This document shows, in pieces, positions 16,357 to 25,284 of a stretch of 39,373 nt of DNA. The stretch comes from a virus (lineage: Duplodnaviria > Heunggongvirae > Uroviricota > Caudoviricetes), in the IMG/VR virus record IMGVR_UViG_2534681996_000012. One strand, written 5' to 3'. The translations under genes were made by a program, and so were the position numbers. The notes beneath the pieces are model-generated. The model saw only the letters and a program-made list of their open reading frames with translations, was not told the DNA's origin and did not search any database. Numbering within the stretch: the first letter of the stretch is position 1; each line of letters opens with the position of its first letter.

Positions 16357-18827
16357 CAGAATCCCCCAACAGTAAGGCGAGGAATAACGGCAAGAACAGA
16401 CAGCGGCAACGGGTCAAGCTGACGGATTTTTACACGTCCGTTTTTGCCCCAGTTACTGTCCAGTTTCACTTCTACTTTTCCGGTAGCATCATCAACAGGA
16501 TCATCGTAGAACTCGAATTCACGCTGTGGATATTCGTACCATTTACCGCCAGGCGTAGTCGCCCAGATGCCGCGACTGGCATTAACAACCAGAGTAACGG
16601 AGGGGATCACCTGTTTTTTGTCCAGCAGCGTTTCCTGTCCGTTAATGTTGATATCCAGTGTTTCGAATTCAGCAGTTATTGGCAGGCCGATGTGCACTAC
16701 AGCCCCCGGAGATTCCAGCGTGACGGCACCTCCGGAAACTACTTTCTGTGGTTCCACGTTCGCATCAGAGAGAATGTTTACGGTCTGGCCTTCAAGATGA
16801 GACAGGCCTCCAAATGTCCGGCGCGCCATCTGCCAGTTCGTGGTGCCCACATTCCTGAGGGATGGCGGGACGTTCCTGTTAGCACGAACCACTACAGCGG
16901 TATTACTGGTTACAGAAATAATGTCGCAACGTAATTCTTTTGACACCTCATCGCCAGTATCAGGATCAGTTCCGGTATAAGGGAACTGTAGTTGCGCGCC
17001 GACATCACTACTGGTGAAGTACGCACCACCAGAAACACTGATTGTATATTCCGCGCGGTAATCCCATTCGCCAGAACCACCAGTGATGATCATCGTTCTG
17101 TCAGACGTATTTCTTCCATCATAGCTAAGGCCAGAATCAACAAAGAAAGCATCTTCATCGCTGGTAAATAAACGGCTGGACAGTCGCTCGATGTATCTCA
17201 CTGTTTGCCCGTTAACGGTTCGGTTAACGACGAAATACACCGCATCTTCATTGCCTTCGCTGATACTGCATGTGCTTTCATATTTTCCGGTACTGGATTG
17301 TGGTGCCCATGCAAAAACCTGCTGATCACGCAAATAGGTCATCACCAGTAATTTACCGTCATCACGGATGCAGAAGGCGCTGGAGTAAGGGACTATTGAG
17401 AAGCACCAGTCAACAATGCTGTGCTTCTGAAAAAGATGATTGGCAAGGATAGTAAGGTCGTTCCCCTGATAGCCGTCAACATCGAATGAGTAGGCGAGAT
17501 CACGGACAACACTGCCTTTCTCCTGGACGAACAGAGCAATATTCGCCACGGCAATTGGTGGGACATTGCTCGAGCCATTTGATCCCTGAGAGCTGAATGC
17601 AAATGATGATGGGGTAAGCACTTTGTTCTGGTCGCCAGTGATGACGTACTCACCTCCGGAAGTCAGCGCCACCAGCGAACCAACATCAATCAGGTGACGG
17701 ATCTCATTAACCTGACGCCCGGCATAGGTGTAGATAATTCTGTCGTCATCCTGCGTAGGATTGCTTTTGCCAAAATCCTTATAATCCCCAGTACGGCTGG
17801 CCCAGATAGTCTGAGGGAACGCAGTCGATGCGGCGAAGTAAAGACGTTGTTGATAATAAACAACAGTGCCAGGATAACCATTAACACTGTTCCAGGCATA
17901 TTTAGCCCATTTATAGCTGGCATTATCCTCGCCAACGACCTGCGAAGGGATATAGGAAATCACCTCGGCAGTTGCAGTAGTGCCGTTTACAGCAGTGATA
18001 CGGGCAATGCCAAAACCACTGTGCAGATACTCCCACTCAATGCCAGTATCATCATCACCGGATCCGCCCCAGCCATCCCATGATGTGCCTTCTGTATGCG
18101 AAGGGCGCAAAGTGCCTGTTTTGCCTGCTGTAACGGCGCGATAGTAGTTACTGTCTGCACGGCGAATATCGCCAATCGACGTACTCTTACTGGTTTCCCA
18201 TACCGGCACTGAATCCACTGCAGGCTGTTCCAGATAGAACAATTTGCCTACCTGCTCCGCGCCAAAAATAGAGGCGCTTGCCGTTAACGTAATTGTCCCG
18301 GTGCTGGCGCTGGCATAAACCGTCACTGACTCGTCAATATTGATATCTTCAAATGGCCCGTTCTTCGTTACCACATCAACCAGTTGCCAGTTGTCATGCG
18401 CATAGCGGCGCAACTCTTTCGGCGGGTATGCCGGGTGAACCAGCGTAAGCACGTCGGCGCTTTGCGTAAATTTAATTCGGAACAGATCGGCTTCAGTATA
18501 TGGCGTGGCAATTTCATAAATAACATTGCTGCTGTTCAGCACCAACGCACCATCTTTGATAACGCGCATGTACTGGTGCCCGAACTCCAGAGCATAGGTC
18601 TGAACCGTCGAGAACTGGAACGGGATCAGGCGGCATTTCCGATTTGGGTATTTGGCGGCACCGACAAAACGCGTACCAGGTCGATTCTCAACGCCGCCAT
18701 ACTGCCGCACGATAAAGTTATCGCACTTGCGCAATGCCACCTGGTACTTCGCCATGTCGATACGACCGTACAACGACGGTCCAATCTCACCACCGGCAAA
18801 GCTGGGCTGGATCCAACTGATAGCCAT
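16356..18827 (-). CDS. Tail tubular protein B-like (nozzle)
   Basis: 823 aa; size and position match T7 gp12; N-terminus MAISWIQPSFAGGEIGPS resembles T7 gp12 MALISQSIKNLKGGIS. Confidence 0.65.
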   Translation of the reverse strand: MAISWIQPSFAGGEIGPSLYGRIDMAKYQVALRKCDNFIVRQYGGVENRPGTRFVGAAKYPNRKCRLIPFQFSTVQTYALEFGHQYMRVIKDGALVLNSSNVIYEIATPYTEADLFRIKFTQSADVLTLVHPAYPPKELRRYAHDNWQLVDVVTKNGPFEDINIDESVTVYASASTGTITLTASASIFGAEQVGKLFYLEQPAVDSVPVWETSKSTSIGDIRRADSNYYRAVTAGKTGTLRPSHTEGTSWDGWGGSGDDDTGIEWEYLHSGFGIARITAVNGTTATAEVISYIPSQVVGEDNASYKWAKYAWNSVNGYPGTVVYYQQRLYFAASTAFPQTIWASRTGDYKDFGKSNPTQDDDRIIYTYAGRQVNEIRHLIDVGSLVALTSGGEYVITGDQNKVLTPSSFAFSSQGSNGSSNVPPIAVANIALFVQEKGSVVRDLAYSFDVDGYQGNDLTILANHLFQKHSIVDWCFSIVPYSSAFCIRDDGKLLVMTYLRDQQVFAWAPQSSTGKYESTCSISEGNEDAVYFVVNRTVNGQTVRYIERLSSRLFTSDEDAFFVDSGLSYDGRNTSDRTMIITGGSGEWDYRAEYTISVSGGAYFTSSDVGAQLQFPYTGTDPDTGDEVSKELRCDIISVTSNTAVVVRANRNVPPSLRNVGTTNWQMARRTFGGLSHLEGQTVNILSDANVEPQKVVSGGAVTLESPGAVVHIGLPITAEFETLDININGQETLLDKKQVIPSVTLVVNASRGIWATTPGGKWYEYPQREFEFYDDPVDDATGKVEVKLDSNWGKNGRVKIRQLDPLPLSVLAVIPRLTVGGF

Positions 18828-19435
18828 CAGGACAACCTCGCAATGGTAAACTCATCAACCGGTGGCTGTGGTTCCTGTGATTCATTCTGGCTATGCGAGC
18901 CAGCACTAAGAATCACGCGATTGTACATATTGAGGGCAAACGTACCGAGGTCTGCATTCCCAGTCAGCGCCATGTTAATAGCTGCCGCAAGACGCCAGGC
19001 CAACGCCTCCATAAAAATGGCATCAAACATGTTCACATCTGTAACGCGAGAGACATACTTGAGCCATGCCTGAGGCTGATCTGTGTAGATCAACTTTCCT
19101 GTTCCGTTGGTGTCTGCACCAACTTCGTACTGAACGCGCATTGATGCTGTTGGATTGCGTACACCAGGAAGCATAATTTCAGTAATGCGCAGACAATCTG
19201 ACGGGTACTGGTACGCATATTCCCAGTCAGGCGGTGGATTGCTCGTATCTGCAAGCGCCACGCGTTTGGTAGCAAAGTTCCAGTCAAAATCAGAAAGCAC
19301 AGCATCACGGCAGGCCTCAAAGTGCAGCGAACATTCCCCCGCTTCCTTGCTGGCTTCCGTCAGGCTGTTAATGCTGCGGCTGTTGCCAATATTGGACAGC
19401 GCACGATTACAGATCTCTACTACAGAGGCCATCAC
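18827..19435 (-). CDS. Tail tubular protein A-like (gatekeeper)
   Basis: 202 aa; N-terminal VEICNRALSNIGNSRSINSLTE resembles T7 gp11 AVNDILASIGEPPVSTLE; precedes tail tubular B. Confidence 0.6.
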   Translation of the reverse strand: MMASVVEICNRALSNIGNSRSINSLTEASKEAGECSLHFEACRDAVLSDFDWNFATKRVALADTSNPPPDWEYAYQYPSDCLRITEIMLPGVRNPTASMRVQYEVGADTNGTGKLIYTDQPQAWLKYVSRVTDVNMFDAIFMEALAWRLAAAINMALTGNADLGTFALNMYNRVILSAGSHSQNESQEPQPPVDEFTIARLS

Positions 19436-19755
19436 TCACCTCCGTTACCGTACAGAGTTTCAGCCGCTGATTTTTCTACATCCCCGGAAACAGGAGCGAT
19501 CGCCATATCAGTGATCTGCAGATCGGCGCTGCGATTAACGCCATCGTCAGTTTCTCTGGCAGACAGGCCTCGAATAACAGCCTTTGCAGTTATCATCACT
19601 TCTGTTCCGACGCCCTTAGGTTGCGCCTTCAGCTTATTCAATGTGTCGTTATTCAGCGTGATGCACAGCCCCCACGGGTATTCATCGCGAGTTCTGGTTT
19701 CTCCGCTCTCATCCTGGTAGCTGTCAGTGCCGGTTTTGAGGTTTACGAGTTCCAT
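19432..19755 (-). CDS. Hypothetical virion-module protein
   Basis: ATG 19755 with AGGAG 6 nt upstream (track start 19761 is GTG). Confidence 0.5.
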   Translation of the reverse strand: MELVNLKTGTDSYQDESGETRTRDEYPWGLCITLNNDTLNKLKAQPKGVGTEVMITAKAVIRGLSARETDDGVNRSADLQITDMAIAPVSGDVEKSAAETLYGNGGE

Positions 19756-19766
19756 ATACACTCCTG

Positions 19767-19789
19767 CAATAAAGGGGCCGAAGCCCCTT
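19767..19789 (-). terminator. Intra-operon intrinsic terminator/attenuator
   Basis: On the minus strand GGGGC-TTCG-GCCCC followed by TTTATTG. Confidence 0.55.
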
Positions 19790-19805
19790 GTCTGATCCGC
19801 GAGGC

Positions 19806-20141
19806 TTACACGCCCAGTTCTTTACGCTTATCTGCGATCTTCTCGCGGAGCGTTTCGGCTTTGGCGTTATGGTGTGGCTTCTCGTTAAAGAGCAATTCGT
19901 ACTCTTCACGGAGCTTATCCAGTTCACCATCATCTGACACATCGTTGATGATTTTGGTGCTGATTGCTGCCATTGACACCTTTCCTGCAACTTTTGCTTT
20001 TGCCTGTCTGGCTGCATCGTTAACAGGTTCCAGTGCGCTACCAGGCTCACCTTCGTATTCGATTTCTGCCCCCTCCGGCCACAGAGTGTTATGGATATGA
20101 GAGAGGCGCAGAACGCGGTATCTTGGTTTCTCACCTGACAT
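19806..20141 (-). CDS. Hypothetical protein
   Basis: ATG 20141 with AAGGTGA 5 nt upstream (track start 20150 is GTG). Confidence 0.5.
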   Translation of the reverse strand: MSGEKPRYRVLRLSHIHNTLWPEGAEIEYEGEPGSALEPVNDAARQAKAKVAGKVSMAAISTKIINDVSDDGELDKLREEYELLFNEKPHHNAKAETLREKIADKRKELGV

Positions 20142-20151
20142 CGATATCACC

Positions 20152-20589
20152 TTAACCAGTTACTTTTGAGCGGATCGGATACGGCGTATTGGCATCAACA
20201 TCAAGACTGATACCAGCAGTGAATTCGCCAGCCGTTAGTGGGCCAGTTGCGACGGAGTAGTTAACACGCAGATATCGCTGAACACCGGCAGGCACCTTTG
20301 CAGAAACAACTCGTTTACCTGCTGTCAGGGCGGTCTTTGCCAGTGCGCCACTATCATAAATAGTGGTCCATGAGCTGTTATTCTCACTCGTCTGCAACTG
20401 GATGTTTACAGTTGCATCACCGCTTGCCGTGGCGGCTGTGCTAACCAGCACCCAAAACTCAAGCGGGTAACCCACGCCGATATCACGACGTTTTCCGTCA
20501 ATTGGACCGAGATCGATTACGTCAGTAGAAGCCGCGGTATCAGTTACCGCCTGTGCTTCGGAGAACATCAACAGTTTGTCGGTGATCAT
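20152..20589 (-). CDS. Hypothetical protein, possible capsid decoration/accessory protein
   Basis: ATG 20589 with GGAGAAAG RBS; immediately downstream of major capsid gene; Thr/Ser/Ala-rich. Confidence 0.45.
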   Translation of the reverse strand: MITDKLLMFSEAQAVTDTAASTDVIDLGPIDGKRRDIGVGYPLEFWVLVSTAATASGDATVNIQLQTSENNSSWTTIYDSGALAKTALTAGKRVVSAKVPAGVQRYLRVNYSVATGPLTAGEFTAGISLDVDANTPYPIRSKVTG

Positions 20590-20604
20590 CTTCTTTCTCC
20601 ATTA

Positions 20605-20624
20605 GTGGGTCTGTTACGACCCAC
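20605..20624 (-). other. 7-bp stem-loop 17 nt downstream of major capsid stop
   Basis: GTGGGTC-N6-GACCCAC; no U-tract, so more likely a processing/stability element than a terminator. Confidence 0.4.
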
Positions 20625-20640
20625 AGGTTAATAACAGGCG

Positions 20641-21633
20641 TTACACCACGCGGGCTTCTGTTTCCAGAAGCGCATCAGTTTCACGGATTGGTACACCACG
20701 GAATGACGTCCACCACTCGCCTTCAGTCTCTTTTACGCTAATCGCCAGAGATGTTTTCTCCAGAGACTGCAAATCAAGAGCCTGGCCTACAGTGCGGTTC
20801 ATGTAGAACACCGGGCGCCCCATGCCACGGTTTGGAATGCGATGCAGTGCTTTAACCATCAACTTCGCAATATTTGCGGCAGAGGAAGGTTCTGAAAGAT
20901 TGCTGACATCGATGTTTGCAATGCGAACAACATAACGCCAGTCACGCAGAGCAAGTCCGTTATCCCATTTGTAATGGGTACGGTAGCCTTCGTACTTGCC
21001 GCCATTAGCATCTTCCAGTGTCACCTGGCCTTTATCTTCCATCTGAATGCCAGCCTTCTGCCCTTTCGGGAAGATGCCATGCACGGTGTTTTCGCCCCAC
21101 ACCACTAACCAGATTGAGGTGTTATCTGTACCCGTGCCACCAGCATCAATGATGTTCTGAGCATTACCTGCAGACAGGCTGGAATAGCGGGAGGACAGTC
21201 CCATAAACTGCTGAGGGTTAACGCTGGAATCACCATAAAACAGCGTCTGCGCCATCTGCTGATTCATCGCTTCAATAAATGCGCGGTCTTCAGACAGGCG
21301 GAATTCGGCGGTATTGCCGTTCAGATCAGCCAGTGACTTATCGACTTCAGCATAGGTTTCCAGCATGCCAACGGAATCGGTTACCTGCACTGTGGTTGAT
21401 TTGCTTGGCTGTACGCCATAGTTCAGCAAACGCCAGGTAGCTGAAGGTAAACCAGAACGAATGGTGGTTCGGTGTCCGGTAGGAAGGTTCCCTTCGACAA
21501 AAGGCATATCCTGAAGGATCGGGTTAGTTTGACCGAGAAGCTCGATAATCTTATCGACTTTCCCGTTTGGATCGACGCGCTTACCCCAGTCAGCCAGCGT
21601 TAGCGCAGTTAAGCCTTTAACAGCCATTGTCAT
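20641..21633 (-). CDS. Major capsid protein
   Basis: 330 aa directly after scaffold gene; GAGAGGAA RBS (the second ATG at 21627 is better spaced). Confidence 0.75.
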   Translation of the reverse strand: MTMAVKGLTALTLADWGKRVDPNGKVDKIIELLGQTNPILQDMPFVEGNLPTGHRTTIRSGLPSATWRLLNYGVQPSKSTTVQVTDSVGMLETYAEVDKSLADLNGNTAEFRLSEDRAFIEAMNQQMAQTLFYGDSSVNPQQFMGLSSRYSSLSAGNAQNIIDAGGTGTDNTSIWLVVWGENTVHGIFPKGQKAGIQMEDKGQVTLEDANGGKYEGYRTHYKWDNGLALRDWRYVVRIANIDVSNLSEPSSAANIAKLMVKALHRIPNRGMGRPVFYMNRTVGQALDLQSLEKTSLAISVKETEGEWWTSFRGVPIRETDALLETEARVV

Positions 21634-21641
21634 TTCCTCTC

Positions 21642-22337
21642 TTATTTGCCATAGAGCACTTCGGCCGCACTACGCTGGCCTTCATTACCACCGGTGACCA
21701 TGCCATCTTCAGACATCGCCTTTCCGATTTTCACGAACGTTTTGACCAGATCAGGGTGATTACCCAGCCCGGTGGTGTTCAGATATTCTTTGAGTTCAGG
21801 TGTCCCGAACTGGTCAAGCGCACGCTGTGCGGCGCTAAGGTTAGAAATCAACTTGTCGCCACCGATTTCTTTGTCAGCTTTTACATCCGCAGCCCACTGC
21901 TCGGTTGTTTTCTGCCAGGCTTCTGCCTGGCGCTGCTGAACACCTGCCAGAATCTTCGGATAAGCATCAACCAGCTTTTGCGCTTGCTCGTTGGTCAGGT
22001 TAAGTTCTCGCGCCACCGGCTCGAATTCCTTCAACGCTTCTGTATCCAGCTCTACGCCTTCGGCAGCCTGAAACTCGTACTTCTCAGGCGCACCCTCTGG
22101 TTTATCGCCGTCCTTTTTTTCATCCTGCTTATCGTTTTCAGGCTTTTTGTCATCAGCAGGTTTATCGCCATCAGCAACAGGTTGTGGCTTATCACCTTCC
22201 TGTTGTGATGGATCACCAACTGGAGCAGGGTTATCACCTGCAGGCGCTGACGGTTCTGACGCAGCCGGAGCTGCTCCACCATCGACTGGTTGCTCATTGC
22301 AAAGACGGCGATACAGCAAACGCTCAAATAAATTCAT
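21642..22337 (-). CDS. Scaffolding protein
   Basis: ATG 22337 with AGGAG 5 nt upstream (track start 22343 is GTG); acidic Pro/Ala/Asp/Lys-rich low-complexity N-half, helical C-half; between portal and capsid. Confidence 0.65.
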   Translation of the reverse strand: MNLFERLLYRRLCNEQPVDGGAAPAASEPSAPAGDNPAPVGDPSQQEGDKPQPVADGDKPADDKKPENDKQDEKKDGDKPEGAPEKYEFQAAEGVELDTEALKEFEPVARELNLTNEQAQKLVDAYPKILAGVQQRQAEAWQKTTEQWAADVKADKEIGGDKLISNLSAAQRALDQFGTPELKEYLNTTGLGNHPDLVKTFVKIGKAMSEDGMVTGGNEGQRSAAEVLYGK

Positions 22338-22339
22338 GA

Positions 22340-22636
22340 TCACTCCTGTTCACTGGCCTCTTTGGCCATCTTCAAATACTGTTCAGGGCAATGCGCCATA
22401 ACGCGCTGAAACAGTTCCAGCGCCAGATTGCGTTGCCCCTCATTAAATGCCATTGCCATAGCATCCATCGGAGAGATAGCGGAAAACACCCGGCCTTTCT
22501 CCAGCACAGACCAGACAACGCGACGCCCATGTTCACTGCTCATGACAAAGCGAATGTCATCAATTTCACGCTGTGCCATGTCACGTTGCTTACGGGCGTT
22601 TTCTTCTTTCAGTTGATCGTCTTCGTAATCTGTCAT
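22340..22636 (-). CDS. Hypothetical 98-aa protein between portal and scaffold
   Basis: Overlaps portal stop and scaffold RBS. Confidence 0.5.
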   Translation of the reverse strand: MTDYEDDQLKEENARKQRDMAQREIDDIRFVMSSEHGRRVVWSVLEKGRVFSAISPMDAMAMAFNEGQRNLALELFQRVMAHCPEQYLKMAKEASEQE

Positions 22637-24312
22637 TGTGATTGCCCACCCTGACCACTAACTACATTCGCCATAGCTGACAAAACACTCGGATCCGAAG
22701 TTTTAGCTTCGCTTAGCGTTTTGGCACCCTGTGCCGCCGCCATCCCCATCGCCATCATTTGTTGCTGCTGTTGCTGCTGTGCCCGTTGCTGGCGAGCCTG
22801 CTCAACCTGTTCCTGCGGAACAATGACGGTTGGAGACACTCCGGACATATCAGCGAATGCATCGATCGCCTGATCAACGTTGAGTTTGTCGAGAGCTTCT
22901 GGTTTCGCTTGCGCAAGTTGACCAATGAAGTTAACCGTGGACGCCAGACTGGACAGGCCGATAGACTTCTGCGCCTGAGCCATGACGGAAATGTATTCGA
23001 CCTTCAGGGGCATACCTTCCATCGCGTCAGGCGGTGGCGGCAGCATGTTTTTACGCACCATCATCGAGAAAGCGCGGTCAATGAGAGGGTTAAGACATTC
23101 GTCGTTCAGACGCTCCAGAACCGGCCCCAACATCAGAAGCTTTTCTTCTTTCATTTCGATCACTGCTTCAACAGGCATCGAGCGGGTATTGATGTTCTGC
23201 AACATCATGAACAGATCGACAAAGTAGGCGCTGTTAATGATTTGGCGGGTGTCCTGAATGTCTGCTACCAGATCTGCTGTACTGGGGTTAACCAGATAAG
23301 CAGGCCTGAAACCATCCTGACCAGTAATCTGATCGATATACGTGATGTCGCCAGGAAGAAGAGAGGCGCGCTGATTCTTGAGGGAAGTCGGAGCAACCAT
23401 CGGCGGATTGGTGGCTTTATCAATCAACTGCGACTTGCGCTTCTGGAGAAGCTGCAATGCCTTAACAGGTCCAAGCGCCAGCATACCCGGGCATGATGAT
23501 CCATAAACATCTTCGCCGTTAACTTCCCAGCGCGGAGCCATAATTGGAAACTCATCGAATCCGGACTCACGCAACAACTTGTCGTTATCGCCGCCAACCT
23601 CGTAATAAACCGATTTGAATGGCTTGTTCTTGCTATCCAGCTTCGATGTATCGCGGTCAATGTTCGGGTAAACCGAATGCATAACTTCAATCCACTTCTC
23701 GTAGGTGCCGCTTTCCCACATGCTTTTTACGGATTCGCTGACGTTATTTAGCCCGAACTCCTGAACAAGCTGACGAACAGTCATAGAGAACTTGCGAAAA
23801 CAGGTGTCCACACTGCCACGAGGTGAGTTAGCCAGGTAGTAACTGCCTATCGGGAATGGCATTGTGCGAATGATGTCCTCGTCATCCTCCAGCACCGCCA
23901 TTGCACCAGTGCTGTATGTACCGAGGCTTCCGTATAACTGCGGCAGCGACTGGTAGAGATTCGACTTATTGAACATATCGTTCATACGGTTCTGCACCGC
24001 CTCAAGCCACAACTTAACAGGTCCATAATCCATCATTTCAGGATCTGGCGTAGCCAGGCGAAACCACGGACGCGCTGGGCTTGTGATGCCTGACATCATG
24101 CCGCTGGCGAGAGTGCGCGCCGCCATAGTCCCGGTCGAATCAATAATGCGTGTATTGCGTCGATCGTTACGGTTGACCTCAGAAGTCAGAAAGCGGGAAC
24201 CACGCGGGTTGATGTAATCACTCAACTCGCGCCAGTGCGGCTCGAACGACTGACGCTCGCTTTCAAGTTGTGCGAACTGTTTGTTCAATCGCTCTTTAGT
24301 TGTTTCCGCCAT
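22633..24312 (-). CDS. Portal (head-to-tail connector) protein
   Basis: 559 aa; GGAG RBS; Gln/Ala/Met-rich C-terminal tail as in T7 gp8; located between terminase and scaffold. Confidence 0.8.
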   Translation of the reverse strand: MAETTKERLNKQFAQLESERQSFEPHWRELSDYINPRGSRFLTSEVNRNDRRNTRIIDSTGTMAARTLASGMMSGITSPARPWFRLATPDPEMMDYGPVKLWLEAVQNRMNDMFNKSNLYQSLPQLYGSLGTYSTGAMAVLEDDEDIIRTMPFPIGSYYLANSPRGSVDTCFRKFSMTVRQLVQEFGLNNVSESVKSMWESGTYEKWIEVMHSVYPNIDRDTSKLDSKNKPFKSVYYEVGGDNDKLLRESGFDEFPIMAPRWEVNGEDVYGSSCPGMLALGPVKALQLLQKRKSQLIDKATNPPMVAPTSLKNQRASLLPGDITYIDQITGQDGFRPAYLVNPSTADLVADIQDTRQIINSAYFVDLFMMLQNINTRSMPVEAVIEMKEEKLLMLGPVLERLNDECLNPLIDRAFSMMVRKNMLPPPPDAMEGMPLKVEYISVMAQAQKSIGLSSLASTVNFIGQLAQAKPEALDKLNVDQAIDAFADMSGVSPTVIVPQEQVEQARQQRAQQQQQQQMMAMGMAAAQGAKTLSEAKTSDPSVLSAMANVVSGQGGQSQ

Positions 24313-24326
24313 TTCAATGACTCCGG

Positions 24327-24533
24327 TTACTGACCAAGCAGCGTTTTACCGCTGGTATTAGCGGTTGATGTGTCGCCCTGAGAACCGGTAAGCAGCGTAG
24401 AACTACGACCAGCAGCAGCGCGACGGCGACGTGTTTCTTCGTCGCGGGCATCAACAACGGCGGCATCCTGCTCCTGTGGTGCTGCCTGAACTTCTGGTGT
24501 TGCAGGCACTGATGGTGAGCTACCCATGCACAT
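24327..24533 (-). CDS. Hypothetical small protein upstream of portal
   Basis: ATG 24533 with GGAG 9 nt upstream; its translation-initiation region TCAATGACTCCG is duplicated in front of the portal ATG. Confidence 0.4.
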   Translation of the reverse strand: MCMGSSPSVPATPEVQAAPQEQDAAVVDARDEETRRRRAAAGRSSTLLTGSQGDTSTANTSGKTLLGQ

Positions 24534-24623
24534 ATCAATGACTCCGTACGCAATTAAATTATTACCAATTTAACCACATATGATTTATTTATCGTAGACA
24601 GTTGACATTTAACGCACGAATTA

Positions 24624-24638
24624 TTACCTTTCAGGTAA
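24624..24638 (+). promoter_or_regulatory. Operator-like palindrome TTACC-TTTCA-GGTAA downstream of a TTGACA hexamer
   Basis: TTGACA at 24602-24607; palindrome sits where a -10 element would be; upstream of tRNA-Arg. Confidence 0.5.
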
Positions 24639-24960
24639 CCAAAGAGTTCATTCCGGTTACTAACCTGACTGGCTTGTCGTTAAATTGAACAGGTGGAGTG
24701 AGCTTTTATTTTGAGCAGTACGGCGTATGGCACATGCGCCGATAGCGGTCTGGATACGTTTAAGGGGCACCCTCCCTTGCTCGGGCAAACGAACCAGGTA
24801 GCCGGAATGTGCAAGTCGAGCGGTTTTATTCCGCGCACGGGGATTCACCATCCCGGCGATTCGGTGTGACGCCTCGGAAGAGACGAGGGTACAACGATGA
24901 GAGCATTTATGGAGCCGCGACAAAGTGTGGCGCCTTAACAGGCTAAGTGCTCTCAGCGTT

Positions 24961-25037
24961 GTGGCATTAGCTCAGTTGGACAGAGCAACCGCCTTCTAAG
25001 CGGTTGGTCGCAGGTTCGAATCCTGCATGCCACGCCA
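24961..25037 (+). tRNA. tRNA-Arg (anticodon UCU)
   Basis: Cloverleaf folds by hand: acceptor GTGGCAT/ATGCCAC, D-stem GCTC/GAGC, anticodon stem ACCGC/GCGGT with loop CTTCTAA, T-arm GCAGG-TTCGAAT-CCTGC, discriminator G and encoded CCA. Confidence 0.85.
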
Positions 25038-25200
25038 GAATCACACCTGAGGACCGTGATGCCAGAAGTTCCAGGGGCTTGGCGGTGATGGTTTCCCTTG
25101 AAGGACTACCACCGCCCTTTTTACAGCAGGACGCCATTGCGATGACTTCATGCTGTAAACCAGTACAGCCACGGAAGGCGGAACTCATTGCTTCCAGTTC

Positions 25201-25225
25201 GCCCGGTTCGTCCGGGCATTTTTTT
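25201..25225 (+). terminator. Rho-independent terminator downstream of the tRNA
   Basis: GCCCGG-TTCGT-CCGGGC followed by ATTTTTTT. Confidence 0.75.
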
Positions 25226-25230
25226 GCCTG

Positions 25231-25259
25231 ATGACCACAAATTACCTTAAAGGTATAAT
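25231..25259 (+). promoter_or_regulatory. Sigma70-like promoter (ATGACC-17-TATAAT) overlapped by operator-like TTACC-TTAAA-GGTAT
   Basis: Perfect -10 TATAAT at 25254-25259; operator variant at 25242-25256. Confidence 0.55.
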
Positions 25260-25284
25260 CATGAAAAACTTTAAGGTAATTAGT

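Noticed and set aside
24314-24553. 79-aa alternative-frame ORF upstream of portal
   Set aside because: His/Arg/Cys-rich implausible sequence; the overlapping 24327-24533 frame has an RBS and a duplicated initiation region shared with the portal gene
24660-24923. 87-aa minus-strand ORF in the tRNA leader
   Set aside because: No RBS and Cys/His/Arg-rich composition; lies in hairpin-dense non-coding sequence
24961-25037. tRNA-Arg as the prophage integration site
   Set aside because: The tRNA is flanked on both sides by genes of the same phage and the integrase is about 13 kb away at the window edge; it is cargo, not attB
25004-25231. 75-aa plus-strand ORF overlapping the tRNA-Arg and its terminator
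   Set aside because: TTG start inside the tRNA body, no RBS, and the region is fully explained by the tRNA and terminator
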